Both the position numbers and the translations under genes were made by a program. Positions 1 to 12,632 of a stretch of DNA of 32,000 nt are shown here, piece by piece (position 1 is the first letter of the stretch; each line of letters opens with the position of its first letter). The stretch is from Burkholderiaceae bacterium (GTDB lineage: Bacteria; Pseudomonadota; Gammaproteobacteria; Burkholderiales; Burkholderiaceae), in the NCBI GenBank assembly GCA_965234555.1, contig OZ248347.1:216764-248763 (forward strand), given 5' to 3'. A model generated the notes under the pieces. It did not search any database. It worked only from the letters and a program-made list of their open reading frames with translations, and was not told the origin of the DNA.

Positions 1-137
1 TGGCAATTGGCCCACTGTTATTGGGTGTTGCAAAACCGATCCATATCTTGACCCCAGCTGCCACAGTTCGAAGAATCGTCAATGTGACGACGTTAGCGGT
101 TGTCGAGGCAGCCAGCCAATCAAGAGGCTTATTTTAG
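1..137 (+). CDS. maeB: NADP-dependent malic enzyme, C-terminal fragment (5' end outside window)
   Basis: Translation from position 3 gives AIGPLLLGVAKPIHILTPAATVRRIVNVTTLAVVEAASQSRGLF, with stop TAG at 135-137. This resembles the extreme C-terminus of the phosphotransacetylase-like domain of MaeB-type malic enzymes. Confidence 0.6.
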   Translation, partial: AIGPLLLGVAKPIHILTPAATVRRIVNVTTLAVVEAASQSRGLF

Positions 138-152
138 TGAATAAAAGTGTTT

Positions 153-178
153 AGTAAGTGTTTACTTACTTTTAATTT
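153..178 (+). terminator. Weak AT-rich hairpin plus T-tract downstream of maeB
   Basis: AGTAAGT (153-159), loop GTTT, ACTTACT (164-170), followed by TTTAATTT. The stem has only two GC pairs, so it would be a weak intrinsic terminator at best. Confidence 0.3.
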
Positions 179-262
179 ATTTATATAAATCAATAACTTA
201 TAAAATAAGTAGTCCAATTGGGCTTGATTTGAGGGCGGGATAAGGGTAATCTATTACCCATC

Positions 263-883
263 ATGAATATTCTTCCTGAAAACATTACTTCAGCAAGCGT
301 CGAAGACCATAGCCGCGCAGAAAATTGGGACAGAAATGATCAAGCTGACCGAGAAACCTCGGCCGCGAGTATCTATGCCCAGGGCGGACTATCCCGTCTT
401 CAGACCTATGCTGCCAACCAAGACCTAGGAAAAAAAGTGACAGCTTCTTGGCGTGCCGCTTTGGCAATGAGGGATGCTGGGCCACCAGCAATGTTGCGCA
501 GTGTGCGCCCCAATATCGTGCAATCGATTCGTGCTTTTAGAACGAGTGATTTAGCCGAGGCAGCTACCGAGCTTGGCCAGCATTTTGTCTATGCGGCATG
601 TACGAATGCAAATACGAAGGGTGAGGTTTTAGAGGCGATTGCCAATGCTTATATGTTTACTAAGCAACAAGCCAAGAACTTTGATCCCTTATTAGATGCC
701 TTGACAACCTTAGTTGACAAGGCAGGACCACAACCTGGTTTTGTAGTGGTCTTAGAAGGACTTCCTTGTACGCAAAAGTTTGACAAGGAAGCGCGTGAGA
801 CTTTGCTGGATGTATTCCGCGACGCAGTTGAGTTTTGGTCTGAACGTCGAGTGCCTTATCGCGTATTCTATTCCTTCGCTTAA
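263..883 (+). CDS. Barstar-like (ribonuclease-inhibitor family) protein with about 80-aa N-terminal extension
   Basis: The C-terminal ~125 aa align by eye with barstar: NFDPLLDALTTL vs NLDALWDCLT, GFVVVLEGLP vs PLVLEWRQFE, LLDVFRDAVEFW vs VLQVFREAKAEG, and a hydrophobic C-terminal strand YRVFYSF. The N-terminal part is hydrophilic with no recognisable motif. An alternative start exists at Met78 (ATG 494). Confidence 0.5.
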   Translation: MNILPENITSASVEDHSRAENWDRNDQADRETSAASIYAQGGLSRLQTYAANQDLGKKVTASWRAALAMRDAGPPAMLRSVRPNIVQSIRAFRTSDLAEAATELGQHFVYAACTNANTKGEVLEAIANAYMFTKQQAKNFDPLLDALTTLVDKAGPQPGFVVVLEGLPCTQKFDKEARETLLDVFRDAVEFWSERRVPYRVFYSFA

Positions 884-1644
884 TTTTTCTCGCTAGCTCG
901 TTTTAATTTCCAAATACTGTGTACGGCCGTGATCGCAACGATCCCGGCCGTTTCTGTTCTTAAAACGCGTGGTCCCAGGGAGAGTATTTCAAATCCAGCT
1001 TGTCGGGCAAGTCCCTCTTCGCTTGGGCTGAGCCCACCCTCTGGGCCAATCACAAGAGAAATATCGCCTGGTGTTAGCCGGTTTAAAAATTGCTCAAAGG
1101 ACTCTTTGGCCTCTGGGCTTAGCAGAACCTTAATTTCTGTTTTTGCATTTTCAATGGCATTGCTATAGCTTTGGATGGAGTCAATGCTGGGAATAACACT
1201 GCGATCGCATTGTTCACAAGCAGACTGGGCAATCGCTTGCCAGTGGGCGAGCCGCTTCTCGGAGCGTTTTGGATCACCGAGAAGCCTAAGAACAGATCGT
1301 TCACTTTCGACTGGAAGAACACGGGCAGCACCAGTTTCAACCGCTTTTTCAATAATCCAGTCCATTTTGTCGCCACCAGCTAAGCCTTGAATTAGTTCTA
1401 TACGATAGTCAGGTTCTCGATGTAAATCATATTGGATATCCGTAATCTCAATTTGTCGAGCTGGATGCGAAAGACCGAGTAGACGCGCTTTTGCAGTGGA
1501 TCCCTTGCCATCAAAGACCGTAAATAAATCAGAGGGATTGATGCGGCGAACTCGTAAATGATGGGCTAGATCAGAGCTGATATCGCAAATCAATGTTGTT
1601 TGACTCGACTTACCCCAATCACCAGCAAAGTAGAACTGTGGCAT
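880..1644 (-). CDS. rsmE: 16S rRNA (uracil1498-N3)-methyltransferase
   Basis: 254 aa. It has an N-terminal PUA-like region (HHLRVRR) and the C-terminal SPOUT motif VIGPEGGLSPSE typical of RsmE. Confidence 0.9.
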   Translation of the reverse strand: MPQFYFAGDWGKSSQTTLICDISSDLAHHLRVRRINPSDLFTVFDGKGSTAKARLLGLSHPARQIEITDIQYDLHREPDYRIELIQGLAGGDKMDWIIEKAVETGAARVLPVESERSVLRLLGDPKRSEKRLAHWQAIAQSACEQCDRSVIPSIDSIQSYSNAIENAKTEIKVLLSPEAKESFEQFLNRLTPGDISLVIGPEGGLSPSEEGLARQAGFEILSLGPRVLRTETAGIVAITAVHSIWKLKRASEKN

Positions 1645-1670
1645 AGGAAATTAGTTCACTCGCTTTTTAC

Positions 1671-2120
1671 TTACTTCTTTTTATTACGACAGTTTTTTTT
1701 CTGGCAGTGGCCATACATCGCTAAGGAGTGCTCTTGTAACTTAAAGCCGAGAGATTTAGCAATTTCATTTTGACGTTTTTCAATGGCGGGGTCTACAAAT
1801 TCCTCAACATGTCCGCAATCCAGGCAAACCAGATGGTCGTGATGCTTTCCCTCGTTAAGCTCATAGATGGCTCGGCTATCTCCTTTGCTCGACTCAAAAT
1901 GACTGCGTAAGAGGATCCCAGCTTGCTCAAACTGGGTTAAAACCCGGTAGACCGTTGCTATGCCAATATCCGAATCATCCTTAACAAGAGCCATGTAGAC
2001 CTCTTCAGCACTAAAGTGTGAGCTCGGATTTTGCTGAAAGAACTCTAAGACCTTAATGCGGGGGGCTGTGACCTTTAAGCCGATTTCTCTTAGTTCGGCA
2101 GGGGAGGAGTTTTGGCTCAT
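1671..2120 (-). CDS. fur: Ferric uptake regulator
   Basis: 149 aa. It has a winged-helix N-terminus (ATVYRVL), the metal site HHDHLVCLDCGHVEEF and a C-terminal CxxC-type pair (HCQKKNC). Confidence 0.9.
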   Translation of the reverse strand: MSQNSSPAELREIGLKVTAPRIKVLEFFQQNPSSHFSAEEVYMALVKDDSDIGIATVYRVLTQFEQAGILLRSHFESSKGDSRAIYELNEGKHHDHLVCLDCGHVEEFVDPAIEKRQNEIAKSLGFKLQEHSLAMYGHCQKKNCRNKKK

Positions 2121-2176
2121 AGGGTTTTAGGTCTTATTGAGGCATTGGGCGCTAAAATCAGGTACTTAATGATACG

Positions 2177-2791
2177 TTGAACTTTCAGCCCATGCAGACT
2201 AGCATTTTTACCCGTCCGGCAAGCAGTTTTCTTGCCTCTAGCCACAGGATGCTGTTGGCAGGCTTGTTTTGTCTCTTATTGGGTGCATGCTCTTCAGCGG
2301 TAGACAATACACAGCGTGCTTGGATGAATAGTATTTTTCAGCCCTATGTGCCTGATGTGGTTCAGGGTAATTTTATTTCCAGTGAGCAATACGCCAGTCT
2401 GAAAGTGGGTATGACGCGTGAGCAGGTTCGGCAGATTATGGGTACGCCCTTACTGGCAAGTTACTTCCATGCTAACCGCTGGGATTATGTATTTGAATTT
2501 AAACGCGAGGGCGAGACTATCGGCAAAGAGCGACGCATCACCTTATTTTTTCAGGGCGATCAACTGATCAAGTTTAGTGGTGACGCGCTTCCAACCGAAG
2601 TGGAATTGGTGGCAGAGATCGATAACTATGCCCGAGAGAAGCGAAGTTTTTGGGATGTGCTGACTGGTAAAAATAAGCCACCAAAAAAAGAGAAGAAAGC
2701 ACCCCCCGAGGTAATGGTGATGAGTCAACCAAATAATTTGCCGGCCCCAACCCCACAACCTGACGTGATCATCACGCCCGTAAAAAATTAG
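2177..2791 (+). CDS. bamE: Outer membrane protein assembly factor BamE (SmpA/OmlA lipoprotein)
   Basis: Lipobox LLGAC, then the BamE core [33 protein letters not shown]...RWDYVF. It is divergent from fur, as in many proteobacteria. The true start is possibly ATG 2192. The C-terminal tail is Lys/Pro-rich. Confidence 0.85.
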   Translation: MNFQPMQTSIFTRPASSFLASSHRMLLAGLFCLLLGACSSAVDNTQRAWMNSIFQPYVPDVVQGNFISSEQYASLKVGMTREQVRQIMGTPLLASYFHANRWDYVFEFKREGETIGKERRITLFFQGDQLIKFSGDALPTEVELVAEIDNYAREKRSFWDVLTGKNKPPKKEKKAPPEVMVMSQPNNLPAPTPQPDVIITPVKN

Positions 2792-2808
2792 TAAATAGAG
2801 AGTTCACC

Positions 2809-3612
2809 ATGCCAATGAAATTTGCGGTTGCCGGTGCTACCGGAAAAATGGGCAAGATGTTGATTGAGACCATTTTGAATGATCCGAATGCCCAGTTAAC
2901 TGGGGCATTGGAGCATGCTTCTTGCCCTCAATTGGGGAGTGATGCAGGAGCTTTTTTGGGCAAGGAAACAAAGGTCCAAATTACCTCTGATGTGGCGAAA
3001 GGGTTGGCAGGCGCTGAGTTTTTAATTGATTTCACGCGACCAGAGGGCACATTGCTGCATGCTGCTGTTGCGCAAAAGGCTGGCGTCAAAATGATTATCG
3101 GCACCACTGGCTTTACACCAGAACAGTTAAACCAATTGCAAGGCGCTGCAAAAACAATCGCAATTGTCTTTGCCCCAAATATGAGTGTTGGCGTCAACGC
3201 CACCCTGAAAATTTTGCAAGTAGCCGCACAGCTACTCAATCAAGGTTATGACATTGAAATCATTGAAGCTCACCATCGACATAAAGTCGATGCGCCGTCA
3301 GGCACTGCCTTAAAAATGGGTGAGGTTATTGCTTCTGCGCAAAATAAAGTAATGGCTGATGTTGCGGTCTATGGGCGCGAGGGGCATACTGGCGCACGAA
3401 AGCCAGGCAGCATAGGCTTTGCCATTATTCGTGGCGGCGACATTGTTGGTGATCACACGGTTATCTTTGCTGGCGAAGGCGAGCGGATCGAGATTAGTCA
3501 CAAGTCAAGCAGTCGCCAGTCTTATGCTCAAGGAGCTTTACGTGCCGCCACTTTTCTACAGCATCAGGCAAAAGGTTGGTTTGATATGCAGGATGTTCTT
3601 GGCCTTAAATAA
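2809..3612 (+). CDS. dapB: 4-hydroxy-tetrahydrodipicolinate reductase
   Basis: 267 aa with an N-terminal Rossmann GATGKMG and the [15 protein letters not shown] motif characteristic of DapB. Confidence 0.95.
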   Translation: MPMKFAVAGATGKMGKMLIETILNDPNAQLTGALEHASCPQLGSDAGAFLGKETKVQITSDVAKGLAGAEFLIDFTRPEGTLLHAAVAQKAGVKMIIGTTGFTPEQLNQLQGAAKTIAIVFAPNMSVGVNATLKILQVAAQLLNQGYDIEIIEAHHRHKVDAPSGTALKMGEVIASAQNKVMADVAVYGREGHTGARKPGSIGFAIIRGGDIVGDHTVIFAGEGERIEISHKSSSRQSYAQGALRAATFLQHQAKGWFDMQDVLGLK

Positions 3613-3644
3613 AATTACAACATCCATACAATAAAAAATATTAG

Positions 3645-6308
<2,664 letters not shown>

Positions 6309-6312
6309 CGAT

Positions 6313-6843
6313 ATGGCCCATTTATTTAACTTCGGTCGGCGATCTATCCTAAAAGGCTTAGGTGGGTTTGCTCTTTTATCATTGGGTGGGCTTTCAGCAT
6401 GTGGGTTTAAATTGCGCGGCTCGGTCAGCATTCCCTACAAAGCAATTTTGATTTCTGGGCGCCCCTCACCCCAGTTGCGTTACGATCTCGAACGCATTAT
6501 TTCTACAGGGACGAATGCCAAGGTAGTAACCAACGGCAAAGATGCGGATTTAATCTTAGAAATCGTCAGCGAAGAGAGCACTCGGCAAATTTTGACCTAT
6601 ACATCGACAGGTCAGATTTCTGCCTATCGACTGAACAATCGCGTCGTCTTTAGGGCGTTTGATAATACTGGCGCCGAGGTCATCGCTGAGTCTGATATCT
6701 ACGTCACACGCGATTTAGACTTTTCAACTGCAACAGTTTTGGCGTCTGATGCTCAGCAACAGCAGTTCTTAGAGAGCATGCGTGCCGATCTAGCATTGCA
6801 AATATTGCGGCGGGTTGCAACTCTTGGTCGGGTAGCGAGATAG
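6313..6843 (+). CDS. lptE: LPS-assembly lipoprotein LptE
   Basis: 176 aa with lipobox LSAC followed by GFKLRG (the LptE hallmark). It lies in the conserved leuS-lptE-holA order. Confidence 0.8.
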   Translation: MAHLFNFGRRSILKGLGGFALLSLGGLSACGFKLRGSVSIPYKAILISGRPSPQLRYDLERIISTGTNAKVVTNGKDADLILEIVSEESTRQILTYTSTGQISAYRLNNRVVFRAFDNTGAEVIAESDIYVTRDLDFSTATVLASDAQQQQFLESMRADLALQILRRVATLGRVAR

Positions 6844-6870
6844 CTTTCTATTTAATCAAAGGGAAGCTGC

Positions 6871-7926
6871 ATGATCAAAAGTGACGTATTCCATGTTCAT
6901 TTGGCAGGCCTGGCAAAAGGTCAGCAGGCCTTGAAGCCCCTTTATATTTTTAGCGGGGAAGAGCCTTTGTTAATGATGGAGGCTATCGATACTCTTCGAG
7001 CTCATGCCAAGGCACAGGGCTTTAGCGAGCGAGAGGTGCTGGTGCAGGATCGCTATTTTGATTGGTCAGCACTCATCAATGCTGGCCAAACCATGTCTTT
7101 ATTTGGAGACAAACGTTTTATCGAGCTGCGTATGCCTACTGGCAAGCCTGGTAGAGAGGGTGCCGATTCTCTGCGGCATTTCGCTGAGCAAATTAAGAAT
7201 ACGGGCGATTCTATCGATGCAATTTTTTGCATTATTTTGCCCCGTTTAGATGCAAAGACCAAAAGCTCAGCATGGTTCGCAGCTTTAGATGAGACTGGTA
7301 TGGCAGTACAAATTGATTCAATTGACCGCATTGCACTACCAAACTGGATTGGGCAGCGTTTTAAAAAACAATCTCAGGAAGTTGAGGCGGGTGAAAGCGG
7401 TCAACGTGTGCTGCAATTTATTGCCGATCAAGTTGAGGGTAATTTAATTGCCGCACATCAAGAAATCCAGAAATTAGCTCTTCTCTACCCCGTGGGAAAA
7501 CTAACTGAAGATCAGGTACGTTCCGCTGTATTAAAGGTTGCGCGATACGATGTTTTTGAGCTCACCGAATCCATGCTGATGGGCGATGTATCCCGCTTAA
7601 ATCGAATGCTGGATGGCTTACAAGGGGAGGGCGAGCCACTACCCCTCATTTTATGGAGCGTGAGTGACGAGCTCAGAACCTTCAGTAAGGTCCAGACGGC
7701 TTTGTTGGCTGGAGAGGCTTTGCCTAATTTATTACGCAACTACCGCATTTGGGGAAAGCGAGAGAAACTCTATCCCCTTGCTCTAAAACGGATTCCTCCT
7801 AAAAAAATCAAGCAGGCTATGCTGCTAGCCGCTAATCTTGATAAACAAGCAAAAGGCTTAATCGTACGAGAGTTGCCCAGCAATCCATGGGATGGCCTTC
7901 GCTTGATTGGTGGCTTATTGCGTTAG
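6871..7926 (+). CDS. holA: DNA polymerase III subunit delta
   Basis: 351 aa. The call rests on the position after lptE and on HolA-like blocks ([24 protein letters not shown]). Confidence 0.85.
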   Translation: MIKSDVFHVHLAGLAKGQQALKPLYIFSGEEPLLMMEAIDTLRAHAKAQGFSEREVLVQDRYFDWSALINAGQTMSLFGDKRFIELRMPTGKPGREGADSLRHFAEQIKNTGDSIDAIFCIILPRLDAKTKSSAWFAALDETGMAVQIDSIDRIALPNWIGQRFKKQSQEVEAGESGQRVLQFIADQVEGNLIAAHQEIQKLALLYPVGKLTEDQVRSAVLKVARYDVFELTESMLMGDVSRLNRMLDGLQGEGEPLPLILWSVSDELRTFSKVQTALLAGEALPNLLRNYRIWGKREKLYPLALKRIPPKKIKQAMLLAANLDKQAKGLIVRELPSNPWDGLRLIGGLLR

Positions 7927-7936
7927 AGTATGGGCT

Positions 7937-9226
7937 ATGGAAACGCAGAATTCTTCAAATATTGAGCAAATGATGGTGGCAATTGGCCAACACGCAAGAA
8001 TTGCGGCGCGAGCTATGGCTAAAGCAAGTGGTGAACAAAAAAACCGAGCATTATCAAATATTGCAGCCGCGATCCGTCGCGATGTGAGCAAAATATTAGC
8101 TGCCAATGCTAGAGATGTAGAGCGAGCAAAGACTAATGGAAACGATGCCGCATTTATTGATCGCTTGACCATGACTGAGAAATCGATTGAGACCATGGCT
8201 TTAGGTCTTTTGCAGATTGTTAGCCTGGGAGACCCTGTCGGGCACATTGGCGCTTTTAAGAAGCAGGCCTCTGGTATTTTGATTGCCCAAATGCGAGTTC
8301 CACTCGGTGTTATTGGCATTATTTATGAGTCAAGACCCAATGTAACAATTGATGCTGCAGCACTGTGCTTGAAGTCTGGTAATGCTGTTATTTTGCGAGG
8401 TGGCTCAGAGGCGATTGATTCAAATACCTATCTCGCCGGTCTGATTCAAGAGGGTTTGGCTGCCGCTCAACTTCCAGCCACAGCAGTTCAAGTGGTACAA
8501 ACAACTGATCGAGCTGCGGTTGGCAAAATGATTACCATGACCGAATACATCGATGTCATCGTTCCTCGTGGTGGTAAGAGCTTGATCGCACGTTTGATGG
8601 CCGATGGTCGTGTACCGATGATTAAGCACCTTGATGGAATTTGCCATACTTACATTGATGAGGGCGCCGATCTTGATTTAGCGATACGGGTGTGTGATAA
8701 CGCCAAGACTCAACGCTATGCACCATGTAATGCTATGGAAACTCTATTGGTTAATACCAAGATTGCTTCAGCGGTCCTACCCCCGCTATGCAAAATCTAT
8801 CAAGATAAAGGTGTTGAACTGCGGGTTGATCCAAAAACGCGCAAGATCTTAGAGGAAAGTGGTTTTATCCATTTGGTTGATGCCACAGAAGAGGATTGGC
8901 GCACCGAGTATTTGGCTCCTATTCTATCTATCAAAACCGTTGAGAATTTAGATGAGGCGATAGATCACATCGAGCATTACGGTAGCAAGCATACGGATGC
9001 CATCATTACCCAAAATCAAGCCCACGCGGATCGATTCTTGCGCGAAGTCGATAGTGCAAGTGTGATGGTCAATACCAGTACTCGCTTTGCGGACGGTTTT
9101 GAGTATGGCCTTGGAGCCGAGATTGGCATCTCGAATGACAAACTACATGCTCGCGGTCCCGTTGGATTAGAGGGTCTCACATCCTTGAAGTATGTTGTGA
9201 TGGGTCACGGCGAAATTCGTCAATAG
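7937..9226 (+). CDS. proA: Glutamate-5-semialdehyde dehydrogenase (gamma-glutamyl phosphate reductase)
   Basis: Aldehyde-dehydrogenase fold with ProA blocks ([40 protein letters not shown]). The track ORF begins at TTG 7907 inside holA, and ATG 7937 is the more plausible start. Confidence 0.93.
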   Translation: METQNSSNIEQMMVAIGQHARIAARAMAKASGEQKNRALSNIAAAIRRDVSKILAANARDVERAKTNGNDAAFIDRLTMTEKSIETMALGLLQIVSLGDPVGHIGAFKKQASGILIAQMRVPLGVIGIIYESRPNVTIDAAALCLKSGNAVILRGGSEAIDSNTYLAGLIQEGLAAAQLPATAVQVVQTTDRAAVGKMITMTEYIDVIVPRGGKSLIARLMADGRVPMIKHLDGICHTYIDEGADLDLAIRVCDNAKTQRYAPCNAMETLLVNTKIASAVLPPLCKIYQDKGVELRVDPKTRKILEESGFIHLVDATEEDWRTEYLAPILSIKTVENLDEAIDHIEHYGSKHTDAIITQNQAHADRFLREVDSASVMVNTSTRFADGFEYGLGAEIGISNDKLHARGPVGLEGLTSLKYVVMGHGEIRQ

Positions 9227-9248
9227 AGTACTGATATAGAGACAAACT

Positions 9249-9677
9249 ATGTTTGATGGATATCTTTGGGCCAAGGCCCTACATATTGTTTTAATCGCCT
9301 CGTGGTTTGCTGGATTATTTTACCTACCGCGTATTTTTGTGAACCTAGCTCAAGAGACCAATGCAGCAGCCTATGAGCGGCTACTTGGTATGGCACAGCG
9401 CTTATACCGTTTTATGACAATCTTGATGATGCCAGCAGTTGCCTTGGGTTTGATATTGTGGCTTTATTACGGCGTTGGTCGCGGCTCTATTTGGATGCAT
9501 ATCAAGGTTCTATTAGTGCTTGTAATTATTGCTTATCACTTGCAATGTAAGAGACTATTAAAGCAGTTTATTGAGAATAACAACACTAAGACTCATGTGT
9601 GGTATCGCTGGTTTAATGAAGTGCCTGTGTTGTTAATGCTAGTAATTACTGCCCTCGTGGTGATGAAGCCCAATTGA
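9249..9677 (+). CDS. hemJ: Protoporphyrinogen IX oxidase HemJ family membrane protein (UPF0093)
   Basis: 142 aa with four predicted TM helices and the signature KALHIVLIASWFAGLFYLPRIFV. Confidence 0.8.
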   Translation: MFDGYLWAKALHIVLIASWFAGLFYLPRIFVNLAQETNAAAYERLLGMAQRLYRFMTILMMPAVALGLILWLYYGVGRGSIWMHIKVLLVLVIIAYHLQCKRLLKQFIENNNTKTHVWYRWFNEVPVLLMLVITALVVMKPN

Positions 9678-9705
9678 CTTTGTCAGATCGCCTACTTCAT
9701 TCATT

Positions 9706-11067
9706 ATGAAATTTTTCATTGTGTGTCCTGGTGGGCTTGAGGGCGCTTTAGTCAGCGAGTTAGAGGCGATTGCACAGCGGCCCGAGGTAAAAGCCTTTGG
9801 GGTTACGCAAGTAGATCCCGCCCCTGCCAATATGACTGGTGGTATCGGTCTAAATGGCCCCTTAGCAGTTGCCATGGCTATTAATTTACACTCGCGCATT
9901 GCGAGTCGTGTTTTGCTGAAAATGATCGATAGCCCATACAAGACAGAGGATGATTTGTTTCGTTTGGCTAAAACAATTGGCTGGGAGGATTGGTTTAACT
10001 CTCATCAAACCCTGCGAGTGGATCTTACTGCACAGCGCTCACCCTTAAAGAGTTTGAACTTTGCAACTCTACGAATTAAGGATGCAATTGTTGATCGTTT
10101 GCGTGAGCAAACTGGAGAGCGTCCAAGTATTGATACGGCCAATCCCGATGTGCGTATACAAGTACATTTAACTAATAACCATGCGAGCGTTTATTTGGAC
10201 ACTTCGGGTGAAGCTTTATTTAAAAGGGGATGGCGTGAAGAAAAAGGGGAGGCCCCTTTAAAAGAAAATTTAGCTGCAGGTATTTTGGCGCTCACGGGGT
10301 GGCAGTCAAATCAAGCTTTATATGATCCTATGTGCGGCAGTGGCACCTTCTTGATTGAGGCGGCACAAATTGCTCTTCATATTCCGCCAGGAGCGATTCG
10401 TGCTAGTTTATTCGATCAACAATCTCACGTGGTTACTGCAAAGGAAGGTTCATGGAAGCGTGCTGTTGGCCTATCGGGTTTTGGATTTAATCGCCTAAAG
10501 CCTTTTAATTCCTCTTTAGAAAAAAAGAACTGGAGCAGTCTTTGTGATTCTGCAAAGAATGAGATCGCAGAGTTTGCAAATACCCCCATCGCAATTAGTG
10601 GTAGCGATATTAATGAGAAGATGATTTCGATCTGCAGGGCGAATTGGCAGCGCGCTCATTTACCCGGGCTCCCAGTCGCACGACAGGTCGATGCGATTGC
10701 GATTAAGCCCACTTCAGACAATGGTGTGATGGTATTCAATCCTCCTTACGGAGAGCGTTTAGGAATTAAAGGTGGTGACCAAGACAAAATGGACACATGG
10801 GGGGATGAAAATAAATCTTATATGCAAAAGCGCCGCACTAGTCGTGAGCCTCTGGTCAAAGAGCCTATCGATCCTCAATTTGCAGCATTTTTAGATCAAT
10901 TTAGTAAGCAATTAAAAGACTATTTTGGTGGTTGGCAGATTTATACTTTGACAGCCGATATGGGTTTTCCTGGACACTTGCGCATGAAAGAGGCTAAGCG
11001 CACACCTTTATTCAACGGACCACTGGAGTGCCGCCTATTTAAGTTTGATATTCGCAAAAGAGACTAG
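9706..11067 (+). CDS. THUMP-domain class I SAM-dependent RNA methyltransferase (RlmL N-terminal-module-like)
   Basis: It has the SAM motif I DPMCGSGTFLIEAA, the catalytic NPPYGERL and an upstream THUMP-like region. At 453 aa it is longer than typical stand-alone members. Confidence 0.8.
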   Translation: MKFFIVCPGGLEGALVSELEAIAQRPEVKAFGVTQVDPAPANMTGGIGLNGPLAVAMAINLHSRIASRVLLKMIDSPYKTEDDLFRLAKTIGWEDWFNSHQTLRVDLTAQRSPLKSLNFATLRIKDAIVDRLREQTGERPSIDTANPDVRIQVHLTNNHASVYLDTSGEALFKRGWREEKGEAPLKENLAAGILALTGWQSNQALYDPMCGSGTFLIEAAQIALHIPPGAIRASLFDQQSHVVTAKEGSWKRAVGLSGFGFNRLKPFNSSLEKKNWSSLCDSAKNEIAEFANTPIAISGSDINEKMISICRANWQRAHLPGLPVARQVDAIAIKPTSDNGVMVFNPPYGERLGIKGGDQDKMDTWGDENKSYMQKRRTSREPLVKEPIDPQFAAFLDQFSKQLKDYFGGWQIYTLTADMGFPGHLRMKEAKRTPLFNGPLECRLFKFDIRKRD

Positions 11068-11126
11068 CGTGATCGGCTTATCTTGGCTTTAAAATAAAAG
11101 AACTTTAGAAGAAAGAAAAACGGTTT

Positions 11127-11297
11127 ATGGAATTTAAGACTTATATGTGTTTGATTTGCGGTTGGATTTATGATGAGGCGAAAGGGTGTCCGGATGACGG
11201 AATTGCTCCTGGTACTCTTTGGAAGGATGTGCCAATCAACTGGTCTTGCCCAGAATGTGGAGCTCGCAAAGATGATTTTGAAATGTGCGTGATTTAG
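11127..11297 (+). CDS. rubA: Rubredoxin
   Basis: Manual translation of a 56-aa ORF not in the supplied track: MEFKTYMCLICGWIYDEAKGCPDDGIAPGTLWKDVPINWSCPECGARKDDFEMCVI. Both rubredoxin iron-binding pairs are present (CxxCG and CPxCG), along with the conserved W/Y/F core. Confidence 0.9.
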   Translation: MEFKTYMCLICGWIYDEAKGCPDDGIAPGTLWKDVPINWSCPECGARKDDFEMCVI

Positions 11298-11333
11298 TTC
11301 TCTGATATTCCAAATACTATTGGATTAATAGCC

Positions 11334-12629
11334 ATGAGCAAAAACGAGCAATTATTTAATCGTGCCCAAAAGACAATTCCTGGTGGGGTTAACTCCCCCG
11401 TTCGGGCTTTTCGTCAAGTTGGCGGTATTCCCCGTTTTGTAGAGCGTGCTCAGGGGCCTTACTTTTGGGATGCGGATGGCAAACGCTATATCGATCTGAT
11501 TATGTCTTGGGGCCCAATGATTGCGGGCCATGCAAATCCTGAGGTGGTCGAGGCAGTTCAAAAGGCAGCGACCCAAAGCTTTAGTTATGGCGCACCCACT
11601 GCTGGTGAAATTGATTTAGCAGAACGCATATGTGCGCTGATGCCTAACATCGAGCAGCTTCGTATGGTTTCAAGTGGAACCGAGGCGACGATGAGTGCAC
11701 TTCGTTTGGCCCGCGGTTATACCAACCGTGACCTGATTATCAAGTTTGAGGGTTGCTACCACGGTCATGCTGATAGCTTATTGGTCAAGGCCGGCTCTGG
11801 ACTCTTAACATTTGCAGATTCCACTCAGAATGCACCTTCATCCGGAGGTGTCCCTCAAGATTTGGTGAGGCACACCTTGGTATTGCCATATAACGATACT
11901 GCTGCTCTTGAAGAAGCTTTCAAGAGGCATGGTGACCATGTTGCAGCACTTATTCTCGAGCCCATTGCCGGAAATATGAACCTGATTAGGGCAGAGCCCG
12001 AGTTTATAAAGGCTGCTCGCTCTCTTACTGAAAAACATGGCGCAGTTCTTATTTATGACGAGGTAATGACCGGATTTAGGGTGGCACTTGGCGGCACTCA
12101 ATCGCTACATGGCATCAAGCCGGATTTAACTTGCCTTGGGAAGGTAATGGGCGGTGGAATGCCGATGGCTGCTTTTGGTGGCAAGCGCGAAATTATGGGT
12201 AAATTGGCGCCTTTAGGCAATGTCTATCAGGCGGGTACTCTTTCAGGTAATCCAGTAGCGGTTGCTGCAGGAGCCAAGACTTTGGAGATTATTTCTAGAG
12301 CAGGATTTTTTGAGTGTTTAAGTGAGCAAACCCAAAAATTAATGAGCGGCTTAAAGCGAGAGGCAGATCTGGCTAAGATTCCATTCTCAGTGGATAGCGT
12401 TGGGGGGATGTTCGGTTTTTATTTCTCTGATAAAGTGCCCACCTCCTATGAGGAAGTTACCAAAACGGATATCGAGGCATTCAAACGTTTTTTCCATGCG
12501 ATGTTAGATGCTGGTGTGTACCTTGCCCCATCCGCCTATGAGGCAGGTTTTACTTCGATTGCTCACGACAATGCTGTCGTCGATGAAATTATTACTGCGG
12601 CTAAGAAGTCTTTTGCGCAACTGAAGTAA
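11334..12629 (+). CDS. hemL: Glutamate-1-semialdehyde 2,1-aminomutase
   Basis: 431 aa, class III aminotransferase with an N-terminal [10 protein letters not shown] and YDEVMTGFR. Confidence 0.95.
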   Translation: MSKNEQLFNRAQKTIPGGVNSPVRAFRQVGGIPRFVERAQGPYFWDADGKRYIDLIMSWGPMIAGHANPEVVEAVQKAATQSFSYGAPTAGEIDLAERICALMPNIEQLRMVSSGTEATMSALRLARGYTNRDLIIKFEGCYHGHADSLLVKAGSGLLTFADSTQNAPSSGGVPQDLVRHTLVLPYNDTAALEEAFKRHGDHVAALILEPIAGNMNLIRAEPEFIKAARSLTEKHGAVLIYDEVMTGFRVALGGTQSLHGIKPDLTCLGKVMGGGMPMAAFGGKREIMGKLAPLGNVYQAGTLSGNPVAVAAGAKTLEIISRAGFFECLSEQTQKLMSGLKREADLAKIPFSVDSVGGMFGFYFSDKVPTSYEEVTKTDIEAFKRFFHAMLDAGVYLAPSAYEAGFTSIAHDNAVVDEIITAAKKSFAQLK

Positions 12630-12632
12630 GCG

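Noticed and set aside
263-1644. Barstar-like gene plus the adjacent gene as a toxin-antitoxin pair
   Set aside because: The neighbour is a clear rsmE rRNA methyltransferase on the opposite strand (convergent), not an RNase toxin.
2167-2174. Fur box in the fur-bamE intergenic region
   Set aside because: Only a half-site (TAATGATA) matches the GATAATGATAATCATTATC consensus, and the second half is unrelated. This is too weak to call an operator.
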